Shown here: piece by piece, positions 14,700 to 31,854 of the stretch
Layout of the letters: the number at the start of each line of letters is the position of its first letter
How positions within the stretch are numbered: position 1 is the first letter of the stretch
Origin: Bugula neritina
Taxonomy: Eukaryota > Animalia > Bryozoa
Reading direction: 5' to 3'
Length of the DNA: 64,000 nt
NCBI GenBank assembly: GCA_964035545.1
Contig: OZ037768.1
Span: 14,083,675 to 14,147,674 of the forward strand
The notes under the pieces: model-generated
The model's database searches: none
What the model saw: only the letters and a program-made list of their open reading frames with translations
Told to the model about the DNA's origin: nothing
Made by a program: the position numbers and the translations under genes

Positions 14700-15170
14700 T
14701 AGTTAAAGGCAACCTTTTAGCTGCAACTGCCTTGCTGAGGTTTGCATTGTAATCATATAAGAATTCAGTACCAGTAAAATAAAATCTCACCTAATTGTGC
14801 TAGAGTCAAAATTTAAAAACTATGCTGTAGATCTTCTTTTTCTCCAGGGTAGATTTTTTGAAAATTTCAATTTTAATTTTTTTTGCAAAGTTATAGACAA
14901 AAAACTGCCCAATTTTGGCCAATTTTGCCTGAAAAGCTGACTTTTCAGTACCAGTAAAATATCTCAGCAGCAAAGCATGATATCTGAATAAAAATTGCAC
15001 TGCTGGAATCCTGAGATATTTCTCCAGGGTAAATTTTCTTCTTTTTCCAATAACTCTTCTAAATTGCCCACAAATTGGTGATTTATACACTGAAAATGCC
15101 ATATTTTTTCATGGGTAATTAGCAGCGCGCAGCACTTCACGCTTCAATGAGCACGTAGAGATGAGAAGAT
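14700..15170 (-). repeat. Diverged inverted copy of the internal segment (~13160-13580) of the hAT element
   Basis: Reverse complement matches GAAGCGCGAAGTGCTG...TTTTCAGTGTATAAATCAC...CTAGCACAATTAGG. Ends approximate. Confidence 0.7.
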
Positions 15171-15179
15171 ATTGGCGCG

Positions 15180-15578
15180 TACATCCAGCGAGCTGCAGTA
15201 GTAGACTGAACTACACTGCAACTCGCTGGCTTTTATATACACGTCGGACAAAGACATTCCTTTGTTGCCGAGATCGGAGATCCGAAACGCCGAAATTCGG
15301 CATTTCGGCACTTCGGAAGACCGAAGTGCCGACCTCGGACAACAACAGGAGCACACAAAAGAAAGCAACATTAGTAAAAGAAATATTACATAACTTCAGA
15401 ATGCATATTTCAGTAAAATTACATTATGCTGAAAGCTTTAACAGTAATTACCATACTTAGGCATTAGCAAGCTAGCTTACTTAACTATAATTACAGCATT
15501 AAGAACAATACGCAACAGTATTTATAATACTGATGCACGCTGTTATTTCAGGACAGTAAAGGATGAGAATCCATTACA
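15180..15578 (-). mobile_element. Truncated solo LTR related to the E3 LTR family
   Basis: Shares the CCAGCGAG hairpin, TATA and CCGA/TCGG array with 38546-38936. It ends in CCATTACA like other LTRs here; the U5 end is missing. Confidence 0.75.
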
Positions 15579-16426
15579 GTATGTATGTATGTTGGGGTCA
15601 ACTACATATGAATGTAATTAATTACAATTACAATAGACGATGTAAATTTGGTACAATTACTACCTTGTATCAACTCTAGAATACTCGCCACTATAACTTA
15701 TATAAACTTCTGCAAGTTTAAATGCAAAATGCATACCTTTAGAAAATAGTTGTGCAACTTTTATTACATGAATTATTTTATTTCATATCTTAAATTTATG
15801 AATCATGATTTCATTTTTCAAAATGTTTAAATTAAGTGCTCAAAAAATACAATTAAAAAATGTATTCCTGCATAAATACCCTGGTGCAGTTTGACCACAA
15901 CCCCAGCTGTTTTGGCAAAACACATAAAATTGTTTTTTTATTGACATAGTGGTGAATGAGCTGGTTGTTTTTGGCAGTTGGGTAGACTTAAAGTTAAACA
16001 GCTTTACACAATTCTGATTGGCAGGATTTTACACGATCAGTTGATGTTTGTACCAGATTGGCCTAATAATGCATTTACATTTGAAAATGTAGAGTTTTAT
16101 ATAAGCTAGAATAGTGATGGTGTGGTGGCTCGTGGAGCTACCAACAGCACAATATGCAAGGTTGCGTATTGACCCGGAACTGTGTACTCAGCCAATTAGC
16201 GAAGCTGCTAGTGAGTAGCAGTAGTTAGCTTCGCGCTACTAGCCAGTTGTGAATAGTGTAATAGATTAAATAGACGTGTAGTTTTCTGAATGTTTGTACC
16301 GTTTTTATTATGTATCTTAGACTCAAAATATACTCTTATTAACTCGACTTATCCGGTGAAGTTTCTCTAGCAAGTAAATAGACTCTCTGGATTACACATC
16401 AACCCTAATTCTAAAAAACATAACAG

Positions 16427-16444
16427 TGGTGGCAGCGGTGGGAT
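16427..16444 (+). promoter_or_regulatory. Primer-binding site complementary to the tRNA-Leu 3' end
   Basis: TGGTGGCAGCGGTGGGAT, 1 nt after the LTR. It complements the ...ATCCCACCGCTGCCA-CCA end of eukaryotic tRNA-Leu. Equivalent sites at 37535-37552 (E2) and 46110-46129 (E3). Confidence 0.85.
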
Positions 16445-16458
16445 AGTGTACATCAAAG

Positions 16459-17229
16459 ATGGAGACTGAAAATGCTAGAAATCAACCACCCCCAGTAGAA
16501 GGTGAGCGTAGAAATGATGTCAATCCTATGAATCATGTGGGAGAAGAAGCTTATCGATATTGCTTGAAAGCCCCCACCTTTACTGGGTCAGAAGATGTCG
16601 AACAGTTTATACAGGAGTTTAGAGAAGTAATGGATATTGCCCAATGGCCGCATAGAGTGGCCCTTATCCAATTGCGGAGAGCGTTGACGGAGCAAGCCAA
16701 GCCGTACGGAGTAGGAACGAACGTAGACGGGATATTGGCTGCGTTGCGGGCCCGTTTTGGCATCTCCGCAATAGACGCCAGGACCAAGTTACAGAGATTG
16801 TGCCGCGCCCCGCGGACCTCGCTGCAGGAACATGCCGCGACAGTGAAGAAGCTGGCACAAATCGCATATGGCGATCTACCAGCACAACATCAAGAGCGTT
16901 ACACCTATGACGCTTTTGTCCAGTCACTAAACGACCTGGGCCTACACCATCAACTACGAGCTAAAGGGATAACCAGGATAGAGGATGCCCTGAAGGCTGG
17001 AGAAGCTTGCCTGTTGGCTACCCAAATGCATCGAGCGCAAAGGAACCCACCAGCAGTTGGAGTCAATGCTGCCAGAGCTACTGCGGGCCCCGAAGCCCCC
17101 CCTCTGGAAGCCGAAGTAGACCGTATGGTAGAGATGTTGGGACAGCTGGTAACAATTCTGGCCAGCGCTGGCTGGCCCCGGTCAGGCCCTGCAGTTGCCC
17201 CCAGCACCTGTGAGGCCGGGCTGGAGTAG
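16459..17229 (+). CDS. gag: E1 Gag (capsid-like)
   Basis: LKAPTFTGSEDVEQFIQEF...ALRARFG, homologous to E3 Gag. No CCHC knuckle visible; the 3' end is probably frameshifted. Confidence 0.85.
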   Translation: METENARNQPPPVEGERRNDVNPMNHVGEEAYRYCLKAPTFTGSEDVEQFIQEFREVMDIAQWPHRVALIQLRRALTEQAKPYGVGTNVDGILAALRARFGISAIDARTKLQRLCRAPRTSLQEHAATVKKLAQIAYGDLPAQHQERYTYDAFVQSLNDLGLHHQLRAKGITRIEDALKAGEACLLATQMHRAQRNPPAVGVNAARATAGPEAPPLEAEVDRMVEMLGQLVTILASAGWPRSGPAVAPSTCEAGLE

Positions 17230-17617
17230 TGCTGGTCAAGACCATGGACAGCAAGGACGACCCCAACACCAGGGGGCGTTAAACTGTCACGGCCCGCGGA
17301 CGCCATTCCTCCCCGCGGACCGAAACTGAAGGAGCATGGTGGGACACGCCGCCGCCTGTCCGTACGGACACGACGGGACACTCCCCCCAAGTGGCAGGTA
17401 CCACGCAGGACTAGCAGGCCCGCACAGCGGCCGAGTACCTTCTCCCTGCCACTCACTAACCGGTTCCACCGGTTACCTCGGGAAGAGGAGCCCGCCACTG
17501 AATTAGAGCCAGAAGGCCCAGTGGAGAGCTCCGAACCCCGCCGGCACCAACCACGCCGCCGGAAACCCCGTAAATCACGGGTAAAACCCCCGCCGTCCTA
17601 CCCATCCAGGACAACAC

Positions 17618-20600
17618 ATGCGGGAGGGGGTGAAAGTACAACCACACGGAGAGAGCTATTTCCTACCCGGAAAGGTGGCGGGTAACGCCGTCACCTTCCT
17701 GCTAGACTCCGGTTGTACTACCAACCTCTTCAGTCGTAGAGTCTTTGAGGCACTGCCTCGCCGGGACAGGGATAGAGTACGATCGTATACGGGAGAACAT
17801 GGCACCTTAGCAGACGGGTCGTGTATTCCCTTCCACGGTATTATCGAGCTCCCTGGGCGTGTCCGAGACCAGGCTGTACAAGAGACCTTTGTCATAAGTC
17901 AACTGGAAGAAGATGCTATCCTCGGAATGCCTTTCTTGAAGCAGCACCAATGCCGCATAGACTTTAGCAAGTCGGCAGTGCTGATGGGCGGGCGAGAACT
18001 CGCCTGTGTGGATAAGTTTGGGCGTCCCCTGGTGGGCGGTGTTCAGGTAGTTCGAAACTGCACCGTACCCGGGTGCTCTCGAGCCACTATCCTCTGCCGA
18101 GTGAACAGCAACCGGATAGCAAGACTCGGGGTCGTTGAAGGCGCGCACGAAAGGATCCAACTCGCCGGTAGTTTAAACCAACTAACTGAACAAGGGGAGA
18201 TCTTAGTGCAGTGTGTCAACCCCTTTACCGAGCCCGTCAAGCTTCCAGCTGGGTCAATGCTGGGCCGGTTCCACTCCGTCCAGGAAGAGGACGTGGGCCC
18301 GTCGCTGGGTGATGCGACGGAGACACCCCCTCGGCACCCTACTCAAAAGAGAGGGGTGGTCCCAACACATATCCGGGAGTTATATGAGACAGCCTGTGGT
18401 GGCTGCGCGAGCAACAAGGAACGCCAAGCTATGGCGAAGTTGCTACGCGACTACGGTGATGTGTTCAGCAGCGGAGATCATGACGTGGGGCTGACTGGAG
18501 TTGTCAGACACGAAATACCGCTGACTGCGGGGACGACCCCTGTCCGGCAACCCACACGAAGGCTGGGGCCGGAGAAAGAGAAGGAGGTTAGCCGACAAGT
18601 ACGGGATCTTCTGGACCGGGGACTGATAGAGCCCGCCCATAGTGCGTGGAGCTCGCCGGTCGTACTGGTCCAGAAGAAAGACGGCAGTTGGCGGTTCTGT
18701 GTGGATTACCGCAAACTCAATAGCGTAACCATACAGGACGCCTACCCTCTACCTCGTATTGACGAGTCATTGGATGCCCTAGCCGGCAGCAAGTACTTCA
18801 GTACGTTAGACTTGCTGAGTGGCTACTGGCAAGTTCCTCTGAGTCCCGACGCCCAGGAGAAAGCGGCGTTTATCACACGGGACGGTTTGTGGAAGTGGAA
18901 GGTGTTGCCTTTCGGGTTAACCTCCGCCCCAGCCACCTTCCAGAGGCTGATGGAGCAAGTCCTTAGCGGGCTCCATTGGAAGACACTGCTGATCTACCTC
19001 GATGATGTCATCGTGATCTCTCCAGACTTCGAGACGCATGTCAGTCGTCTGCGGGAGGTCTTCGAGAGACTCCGAGGTGCCGGTCTTAAACTCAAACCTT
19101 CCAAGTGCACTCTATTGCAGCCGGAGGTCAAGTACCTGGGGCACGTTGTCGGTCGAAACGGCGTGGCAACGGATCCCGAAAAGGTACGGGCGATAGAAGA
19201 CTGGGTCACCCCCCAAGACTTGACCAGACTACGGGCTTTCTTGGGGCTGGTAGGGTATTACAGGCAATACATACCAGACTTCGCGGGCATAGCACAGCCG
19301 TTAAACCGGCTCACCGCAAAGGGAGTGACGTGGCAGTGTACCCCAGTCGAACAAGGAGCGTTCGACCGCCTCAAGGGTTGCCTACTAACGGCACCCATCT
19401 TGGCCTACCCAGACCCCACTCTGGAGTACATCCTCGACACTGACGCCAGTGACCAAAATTTTGGCGCTGTGCTGTCTCATGTGCAGGAAGGCCGAGAAGT
19501 AGTAGTAGCCTACTACAGCAAGTCTCTCTCACCCACTGAACGAAATTACTGCACAACCCGCAAGGAGCTGTTGGCAGTAATCAAGTCCGTGAAGCACTTC
19601 AGACCATACTTATACAGCAGGAAGTTCCGGCTGCGTACGGCTCATGCCTCACTGATCTGGTTGTGTAAGAGAGCAGAGCCCTCCAGTCAGGTCGCCCGGT
19701 GGCTCGAAATCCTAGCTGAGTTCTCATACCGGATCGAACATTGACCGGGCAAGAGACACAGCAATGCGCATGGGCTGAGCCGCCGACCTGATGGGGGTTG
19801 CAAACAGTGTCTCAACATCGAGAGGAGGGACGGAGGTCCCCCGCGATGTGAATTAGAGACACTGGCTCACCACAGAGCACAGTTTGACTGAGACCAGGGT
19901 CAACTCAGGCAGAAAGTTGACGAGTCCCCGGAGGTTGTACAAAACCTCCGCGCCAACCCTGTACTGGCCGATAATGTCCGGGAGCTGAAGAAGCTCCAAG
20001 GAGAGCTGCCTGGAGTAGTAGCGGACATATATCGGGCCAAAAAGGAAGGGCGACGACCCAGCGAGGAACGCATACGGCAGGGATGCGCCGAGTTCCGGCT
20101 ATACTGCCAGCGTTGGGACTCGCTGCGGATCGGGCAGGATGGTCTACTGACCATTTCTCTAGCTGCCAGCGGCAGACATCCGGAGAGGAAGAGGGTGGTC
20201 TGTCCCACTGCCATCCGCCGTGAGTTGATTTGGGACACTCACAAACAGGCTCACGCAGGAGTCAAGAGAGTGATCTCCAAACTACGACTCCGGTGGTATT
20301 GGCCACAGATGGAGCGGGACGTCCGACTCAGAGTCAAGCAGTGCGAAATCTGCCAGGCCAGTAAGCATGGCCGTCTCCCTGGTGAAGCGGGACGGCGGAG
20401 GCTATATGCTGGCAGGCCCTGGCAAGTGGTAGCCGTTGACCTGGTCGGACCCATGCCCCTGACCCCCAGAGGAAATAGTTGGATCTTAGTATTGACCGAC
20501 CACTTTACTAGGTGGGCAGACGCTCTGGCTATCCCAGATGCGTCAGCCCCAACAGTGGCCAGGGCGCTAGACCAACATGTATTCTGTTACTTCGGGCTTC

Positions 20601-21904
20601 CCGAACAGATACACTCTGATCAAGGCGTGCAGTTTCAGTCCCAACTGATGAGCGACCTTTGCCGCCTCTGGGGAGTAAATCAGAGCAGGACGACCCCCTA
20701 TCACCCCCAAGGTAACGGGGTGGTGGAGCGCAATAACCGGATGCTAGGTGATGCGCTCCGGAGTCTCCTCCTTGGACGCGGTCAAGAGGAATGGGACACG
20801 GTGTTGCCGCAAGTCATGCGTGCATACCGTAGCACCCCACACACCAGTACTGGTAAGACCCCAAACCTCTTGATGCTCGGGAGAGAGACTCGTGTCCCTG
20901 ACCATTTTACCTACCACGTTCCAGAGCTAGACAACTCGATCAACGAGTATGCCAGTGAACTAGTGGAACGGATGAAGGTCGCACACGATATACTGCGCGA
21001 ACAGCAGTGGAAGGTGCGACACGAAGATTCCGAGGAACCACCCCTATACCAGACGGGAGATAAGGTGTGGATGGTCAATTACCGTAGGCGTCGCGGACAA
21101 GCAGCTAAGCTACAGCCTAAGTTCGTGGGACCCTACGTGATCGTCGAGGCGATGCCCAACCATACGTACAAGATTGAGCGCTCAGGACAGGTGTCTATTC
21201 AGAATGAGTCTCGCTTGAAACCGTATTGGGCTAGCCCTGATGCAGTGGGAGAAGCCCCCCGTTGTTGGAGCCTAGAAGGCAGACAACAACGTGTGGGCGA
21301 CGGCGGCAGGGACCTGAATATGAAGTGGTCATACCGCGGGAAGAAGACTTGGTGAGAGATGAGCGACCGCTTTTGACAACAGAAGCGCGTCCGCCACCGC
21401 CAAATCTAATTCCATCACTTCCAGAAACCGAGCCGGTTCCGGAAGTGCAAAACCCCGCGGAGGGAGGGGCTCCATCCGGAGAACAAGAAGAAGTGACCAC
21501 CAACGGTGAAGTAGAGACGCCACCAGAGGCCCCTGCTAATAAACCGGCGAGCGTGTCACCCCCCCCTAGAACGGGGACAGCGTACGAGGAAACCCCCACC
21601 ATATTTAAAAGACTTCGTATGTGACTGCATTAGAAGCGGCACGCATGAAAGTCTAGGGGAAAGCCGTACGGAGAAATGTTGGAGTTGTGATCCCCACGAA
21701 AATATCAACTTTTGCGAGGGCGGAATAGTGGGAGGAATTAATGAGCATAAAGCAAATAGTTCCGACCTCGTGCCACAGAAACGATGCCCAGCCTTTTCTT
21801 ACGCTGACATCGCCAAGGGCAGATGTACTTCACAATTAGCTCCAACCTTACCAAGAACGTTGAGTATGGACACTAATACCGAGTTCACAGGTAAGCCAGT
21901 ATAA
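17618..21904 (+). pseudogene. pol: E1 pol (protease LLDSGC, RT YLDD, RNase H DTDAS, integrase HHCC + DDE + GPY), disrupted
   Basis: ORFs 17618-19744 and 20195-21355 are joined across in-frame stops at 19742 and 19888. Frameshifts near 21259 and 21565 lead to ...ERGQRTRKPPPYLKDF. Confidence 0.92.
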
Positions 21905-21921
21905 GTCTTGTATTCCTATTC

Positions 21922-23004
21922 ATGGAAACAGGCTCGATGCCAGTAAATTCTGAGCTAATTCATCAGATTGAATCAGAATTACTGGGGACCACGTTTCACG
22001 TGAATGACGACGAGGACACGGTAATGGCCGACGGTCTGTTAGACCTGGAGCTAGACACTGTTCTTGGTCAGTCCACACATGATTCACTGGTCTCTCGAGT
22101 GCATTCTAAAAGTTGTGACTCTCAGACTAGTAACAGTCGACAGTCACTAGAATTATGTTGTAAAGATCCACCGCGATCTGACAATAATTCTACTCTTGTA
22201 GACACACTCGCGCCCGTCTCTCCGGGCATGCCTTCCCTAGAGATGGCGTGGGACCCAGAGCCGGCCCCACTAACTTCCACAACTAGACAACTGCCACCCC
22301 AGCTAGAAGCGACCTCTAACTGGACTACCCCTGCCACAGAGACGGAAATTAAGAAATATAGAGGGGATGACAATAACTGCGAGTGCCAGCTATGTCAACA
22401 GCGGTTTACAACCCTTCGTAGATTAAGAGTCCACTTGCCGCAGCATTTTATCACAACGTTCTGCCCCTGCGGGGAATATAGTTATAACCGAGACTATCTG
22501 CTGCGTCATCAACGCACCATGCATTGCTTTCAGGGACACGTATACGACGTGGATAAATCTTCTTACTCAGCATTCCTCGAAGTTATCAGACCTCTCATCA
22601 CCGACCCAGCTCGGCTATCTCGCCTGGAGCAAGGCTTTCCCTCCCCTCGACCCTCACCTCTGAACCCAATGACAAACCTTCGAAATCATCTAGCTCCCCA
22701 CCTCTCCATTCCGTACGTCGACCACAGACGCTTCCCCGTGTCGTACTACAGAGGGTAGACACGGAGACGTACACACTTCCTCCCCCGCTCCCATCTTCAG
22801 AACGGAAAAGACACCGACAGCAGCAGACCTTCTCCCGCTCATCTCCTCTGGCCCGCAACTTACGAGAAGTAGAGACTAGGGCAAACGAACTGGAACAAGA
22901 GGTATATAGACTAGCCCCCCCCCCTCCGCATTCATGCCGCATCCAGTGAGCTCCGGTCACTACAGGAGTCCATCAAACGGATGAAACGAGCAGCCCAGGA
23001 TTAA
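21922..23004 (+). CDS. E1 post-integrase accessory region: acidic segment, two C2H2-type zinc fingers, PxVxL, coiled coil (frameshifted near the 3' end)
   Basis: CQLCQQRFTTLRRLRVHLPQH and CPCGEYSYNRDYLLRHQRTMH, then LPRVVLQRV and LREVETRANELEQEVYRL...LRSLQESIKRMK in shifted frames. Confidence 0.8.
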
Positions 23005-23638
23005 TATGATTTCCCGCTCCAGCCTCCCATCTCACTTCTCTACTACCTCTCTGTGGCATTCCCTAGCGTTACTGTGGCATGTACCCTACATGTAGATAAG
23101 ACTCACCAATTACTTAGTGTCATTTCATTGTGCATATTTTATATATATATATATATATCTCACCAGATTGGTTCCTGTATATACATTTTATATCTTTTCT
23201 CTCGTTAGTCCACTGATGTACCTGGTTACTTGTGAATTATATTTTTTTTTATATCAGAAAGAGGGCTTTCTGCTGGTGGGGGCGGTGTGGTGGCTCGTGG
23301 AGCTACCAACAGCACAATACGCAAGGTCGCGTATTGACCCGGAACAATGTACTCAGCCAATTAGCGAAGCTGCTAGTGAGTAGCAGTAGTTAGCTTCGCG
23401 CTACTAGCCAGTTGTGAATAGTGTAATAGATTAAATAGACATGTAGCGTTCTGAATGTTTTGTATCGTTTTTATTATGTATCTTGGACTCAAAATATACT
23501 CTTATTAACTCGACTTATCTCGGTGAAGTTTCTCTAGCAGGTAAATAGACTCTCTGGATTACACATCAACCCTAATTCTGGAAAACATAACACTTGGAGG
23601 TAGTGAAATTTAACAAATCACAAACTAATACTCTCTAT

Positions 23639-23985
23639 TGTAGTGGGTCACGCAACGTAGTAATATAAGAATCGTCCTCTCTCCGTTATGGGAATACTAA
23701 GGCCGCAATGTAGTAACCAATCAGAAGAACCGGAAGATATGCTTCTGACTCATGTGACAGTTCCCGGGCAATTAGCAATCATCACGTTGTTGTAAGCGGA
23801 GGCTTGAAGTAGAAACATGTGTTAGTAGTGACTGATGTTATAGTGTAATTTGATGTAATGTTTGTTTTGTATTGTATTGTGGATAATAAACATTACTCGA
23901 CAGCTACCCTAGTAATTGCTAGTAGAATAGCCAACTAAATACACAAGTAGAAAACTCATGCACAGTAATTGTACGAATTACTACA
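23639..23985 (+). mobile_element. Solo LTR of an unrelated family
   Basis: TGTAGT...ACTACA termini, perfect 4-bp TSD CTAT, AATAAA near 23885. Confidence 0.8.
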
Positions 23986-24717
23986 CTATTCCCAAAATAT
24001 AAAGAATATTAGGCATCAACACAAAGTGCAATAAATAGCTTTATTAATCAGATTACTATTGAAATTGCAGCTAAACTTGATTATCAACAACAAATATACA
24101 AATTGAAAGTGATACAGAAAACAAAATAGAATGTTAAAAGCATGACTAGATTACTGTAAAAGTTGGATAAAAACAAAAACTACAATATAAAACAAATATC
24201 AAAATCCGTTCATATTTAAATCAAATATAAAAAAATGCTTGGAAATAATAGACAACTGTAAAAACCACCTTCATTTATCATTATTTTAGAATTTCAAATT
24301 GAATTTTGTTACAGTTGCAAATTTATAGCCCAAAGTTTTAGAATACAGCAGTTAATTTTTTTCAAACCAACTTTCATAGACAAATGAAAATACATTAACA
24401 TAATGAGTTATAATTTAGTGCTGCACATATGCAGATTTAATTCCAAAACAAAAAACACAAACTATGATTAAAGCTTATACAGTGCTTGGCGTTAAAAAGC
24501 AGAATGATTAAACTTAAATAAATTATGCTTTAATCAATAATTGATTGACTATGAGTTATGTTCACCCTCACCTCACATGCCGAAAATAAGATTATTTTAG
24601 GAGTTATGTTTAATCAAAAAAGTTTATATATTATATACAAGCTAGAAAGTTTTCCAAAAACATCAGCATAGGGCATTGTAACATTCATTATAGTGAAGGA
24701 GCAGCTCCACTCAGCTT

Positions 24718-27983
<3,266 letters not shown>

Positions 27984-30900
27984 AATGACAAATTTTGAAA
28001 GGCTCTATAGCGATCTTTGACCTGGGTAACACACCAAAATAAAATAATATTGTTTCTTATCAATGGCAGTATAGCACTCAAAATACAAACAAAACTTTAC
28101 AACTAAAATCTTTATTAGAGCACAAAAAGATTAGAGCACTCTGACCTGTGGTAGAGCAGCCTATAGTATAGGCAATAAATCCTAAATTTAATACATATTT
28201 GATATTTTGAGAGAATGGCACACATAAATTCAAATTAAGATAAACCACTAATAATAACTTGAACTTTAGTCCAGAATGAGCTGAATACCATCTCACCAAA
28301 AGCTTGATGATTAATATATAACAATAAAATAAATGTCAAAGCTTGAAAATACAAAATTCGTTTTACTGATTGTAACTAGGCAGCGGCCTACTTTCATATA
28401 ATACTAGATACACCACATAAAATTCTACATACTACAAAATATTTTGATGTTTGCATATATATAAGTATATATTTCAATTGCTACAATAATAATTATAACA
28501 ACTGCATCAACTATCAGGTGTTGAATAGTATAGTATGCTGTAAGCTGAAATACAATACTAAGCTTAAAAAAGGCAACAATTACAACCATGTAGATTTTGT
28601 TTAGTTGAAACTATGCCGAACGAAGATGTGATGTAAATAGTTTAGCGGTTAACTTTTAAAGTTGATATTAATCAATGAGTCAAGTGCAAAGTCATTATGT
28701 GGATGAGAATCATCCAAGAAAATTGTGATCAGGATTATGCAGTTTTAATTGGTTGCCAATCAAGCTCCACAGTGCATGAGGCGACAGCACACATATGTAG
28801 TCTCTGCAGCAAAAAATTTCACTACCATATGGGCCTGACAGCCACTTGAGGAAATGTAACAACCTATCATGACTTTACCTGGTGCAGCCAACGTCTCTTG
28901 AGACGAAGAAAGCCGACGACAAATACGACGAATGATCACTACATGTCATTATGTTAATCAGTCATTGAGTATGAGCATCAGCATAATTATGGCTATAACC
29001 AATGTCATTTTCAATGTGAATGCAGTAATACCATACTACTATAAGTATAAGTAGGATAACATCAACTGTAAACCATACGATAAGACCAGCTTTAACAGTA
29101 TATCATAGTGATAATAATTGCAATAACTAAAGTTAATACGAATATCGATATTATTTAATATATATGCCAATAATAAAATTTAATATAAAACACACAATCA
29201 CAATGAAAAGCTGAATCACAATATTGTCAATATTTTAATGAGAAAATTACATTGAAATTCAATATAGATACTGACAGTCAATAATTAAATTTAATATTAA
29301 TTAATCATCAATAAAATCATTTATAATTATGATATTGATTACTATACCGATTGCGATAATTAGAATAATAATCATAATCAATTAATCAATATAAAGTAAA
29401 AATAAATGTGAATATCATAACCATTGACATTATGATTATCATTATGAATAACTAATATCAATATAAATATCATCATCATTTATTAATAATAATATGAAGG
29501 ACTAACACCTCACTATTTCATAACAGCTTCCTACCCAGAACAATACGTGATATGAAAATAACATCAAATGCTGCTCACAGACAGGCCTCATAAAGCCCTG
29601 TACTGACACCAAAGGCAAAGTCCTAAGACAGAACTGCACGTATGTGATAAAAGTATTAACTACATTTAGTGATTTAATCATTCTGTTCACCAAACGAGGC
29701 ACGTCGCTTACACTAATTTAGTGGTCTAACGTGATTGCATCTTCAAGTAAATCAAGTAAAGATTGAAATCTCAATATGAATAGTAATATTAATATAAATA
29801 TGAATATGAAATAAAATTAATTAAAATATGTAGTGCCAGCGGTACTTCAACTTGTAGTTGCAGTAATAATTACTCAGATTACACTAACTCTGTCTCTAAG
29901 ACTAATAGTAATATCAATACTAATAATAAATAATAATAGTTATAATTATTATATTTAATTTTTTTATTATAAAACATAAATTAAAATAAAAATATAAAAT
30001 TTAAATTAAATATAAAATATATCAGTTATTGTTGATGTTTTGATTATCTAGTTTAGTTTTTAAATCATCATAATTACAACGTCAAGAAACAAACACTTAA
30101 ATAGAATCCCTGTGACACTGTCAGTGTCTTTGAATAAAAAACGACATCAGAAATCACCTTTTCATTTAGTTTTGTAAACCAGCTTTTTGACTTTTAAATC
30201 AATATTGGAATCCTTGACACGAATTTTTTTTAGTCTATAATCCTAATAAACAACATTGACATGGCCCTTTTTCCTCAGCATCCTGCGTATAATATGTATC
30301 GGAGTGATGTACTTATATACCATATAACGTGCCCTTTGGTTGTGACTGGTATTATAATAGTAGAATTACCGCCCCCCCCCCCGCCCCCAAAAAAGATCGA
30401 GCGCAAGCAACGGTTTTGCGTGTGTTTGTGTGTGAGGGAGAGGGAGGGAGGGAGAGAGAAAGAGAGGGAGAGAGAGAGAGTGAGAGAGCACAAGCTTGTG
30501 TGGATGCCTACGGGCTAGTATCTTCACTAAAAATAAATTTAAACCAACAAGATTTTTAGTTTGCTACTTTATTCATCTAAATGAATGTAGTGCAAACTTA
30601 TATTTTGGATACCATTGTATTCATCTTCAGAGTTGATTGAATGCTATTTAAAAGCCAGACTGTATGCGTGAAAGTGGTAAAAAGGTGGAGGGTAGGCCCT
30701 GCTGTAATTATACATATATTATATATAGGTATCTGTAATAATTATATTAATTATCATACAATATGTATGTGTCACAGATATAATAACTACAGGTTATAGT
30801 AGGCTACAGTAATTTGAATATGTATGCATTTATAGCCTCAGCCCTTCCCAAATTTTAGGTGAAGTTCCATTTATTTCTTATAACTGCATGTGTTTAGTAA

Positions 30901-31213
30901 AATATTATTATTAAAAACCTACTATTTGGAATATTTGTTTTATATAATTTGTGTAGCATTTGGTATAGCAGCGTTATAATTGCTGAAGGTTTCCCAGCTG
31001 TAAAAGAAAACATTTCCATTAAGTTAATGGCATGATAAAGTAACTTTTATTTGCTAGTGCTTTGAATATCTTAAACAAGTAGCCTAATCACAGCTCATCG
31101 AAAACACAACTGGTAAGTAACATACCAACCATTTATATATAAATAAATATAGCTCTGCATTTTCACAATGTATGCAAGAAGCAAATGTATGTATTTCCTC
31201 CTCATAAGCAGCA

Positions 31214-31854
<641 letters not shown>

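Larger units (their letters stand above)
16121..23592 (+). mobile_element. Ty3/Gypsy LTR retrotransposon E1, full length but decayed
   Basis: LTRs 16121-16425 and 23286-23592 (TG...CA; about 12 substitutions and 2 indels by eye). PBS, then gag and PR-RT-RH-IN order, then PPT ...GGTGGGGGCGG. Several stops and frameshifts. Confidence 0.97.

Noticed and set aside
17227-17229. Stop-codon readthrough between E1 gag and pol
   Set aside because: A TTAAAC plus stem cassette like that of E3 lies 50 nt downstream; decay indels explain the frames more simply.
21891-21943. AG|GTAAGC donor with a 41- or 53-bp intron that would splice pol to the accessory ORF in E1
   Set aside because: The homologous E2 junction is already in frame, so a 1-bp deletion explains E1. 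The donor-like word encodes Gly-Lys. Not excluded, but there is no transcript evidence.
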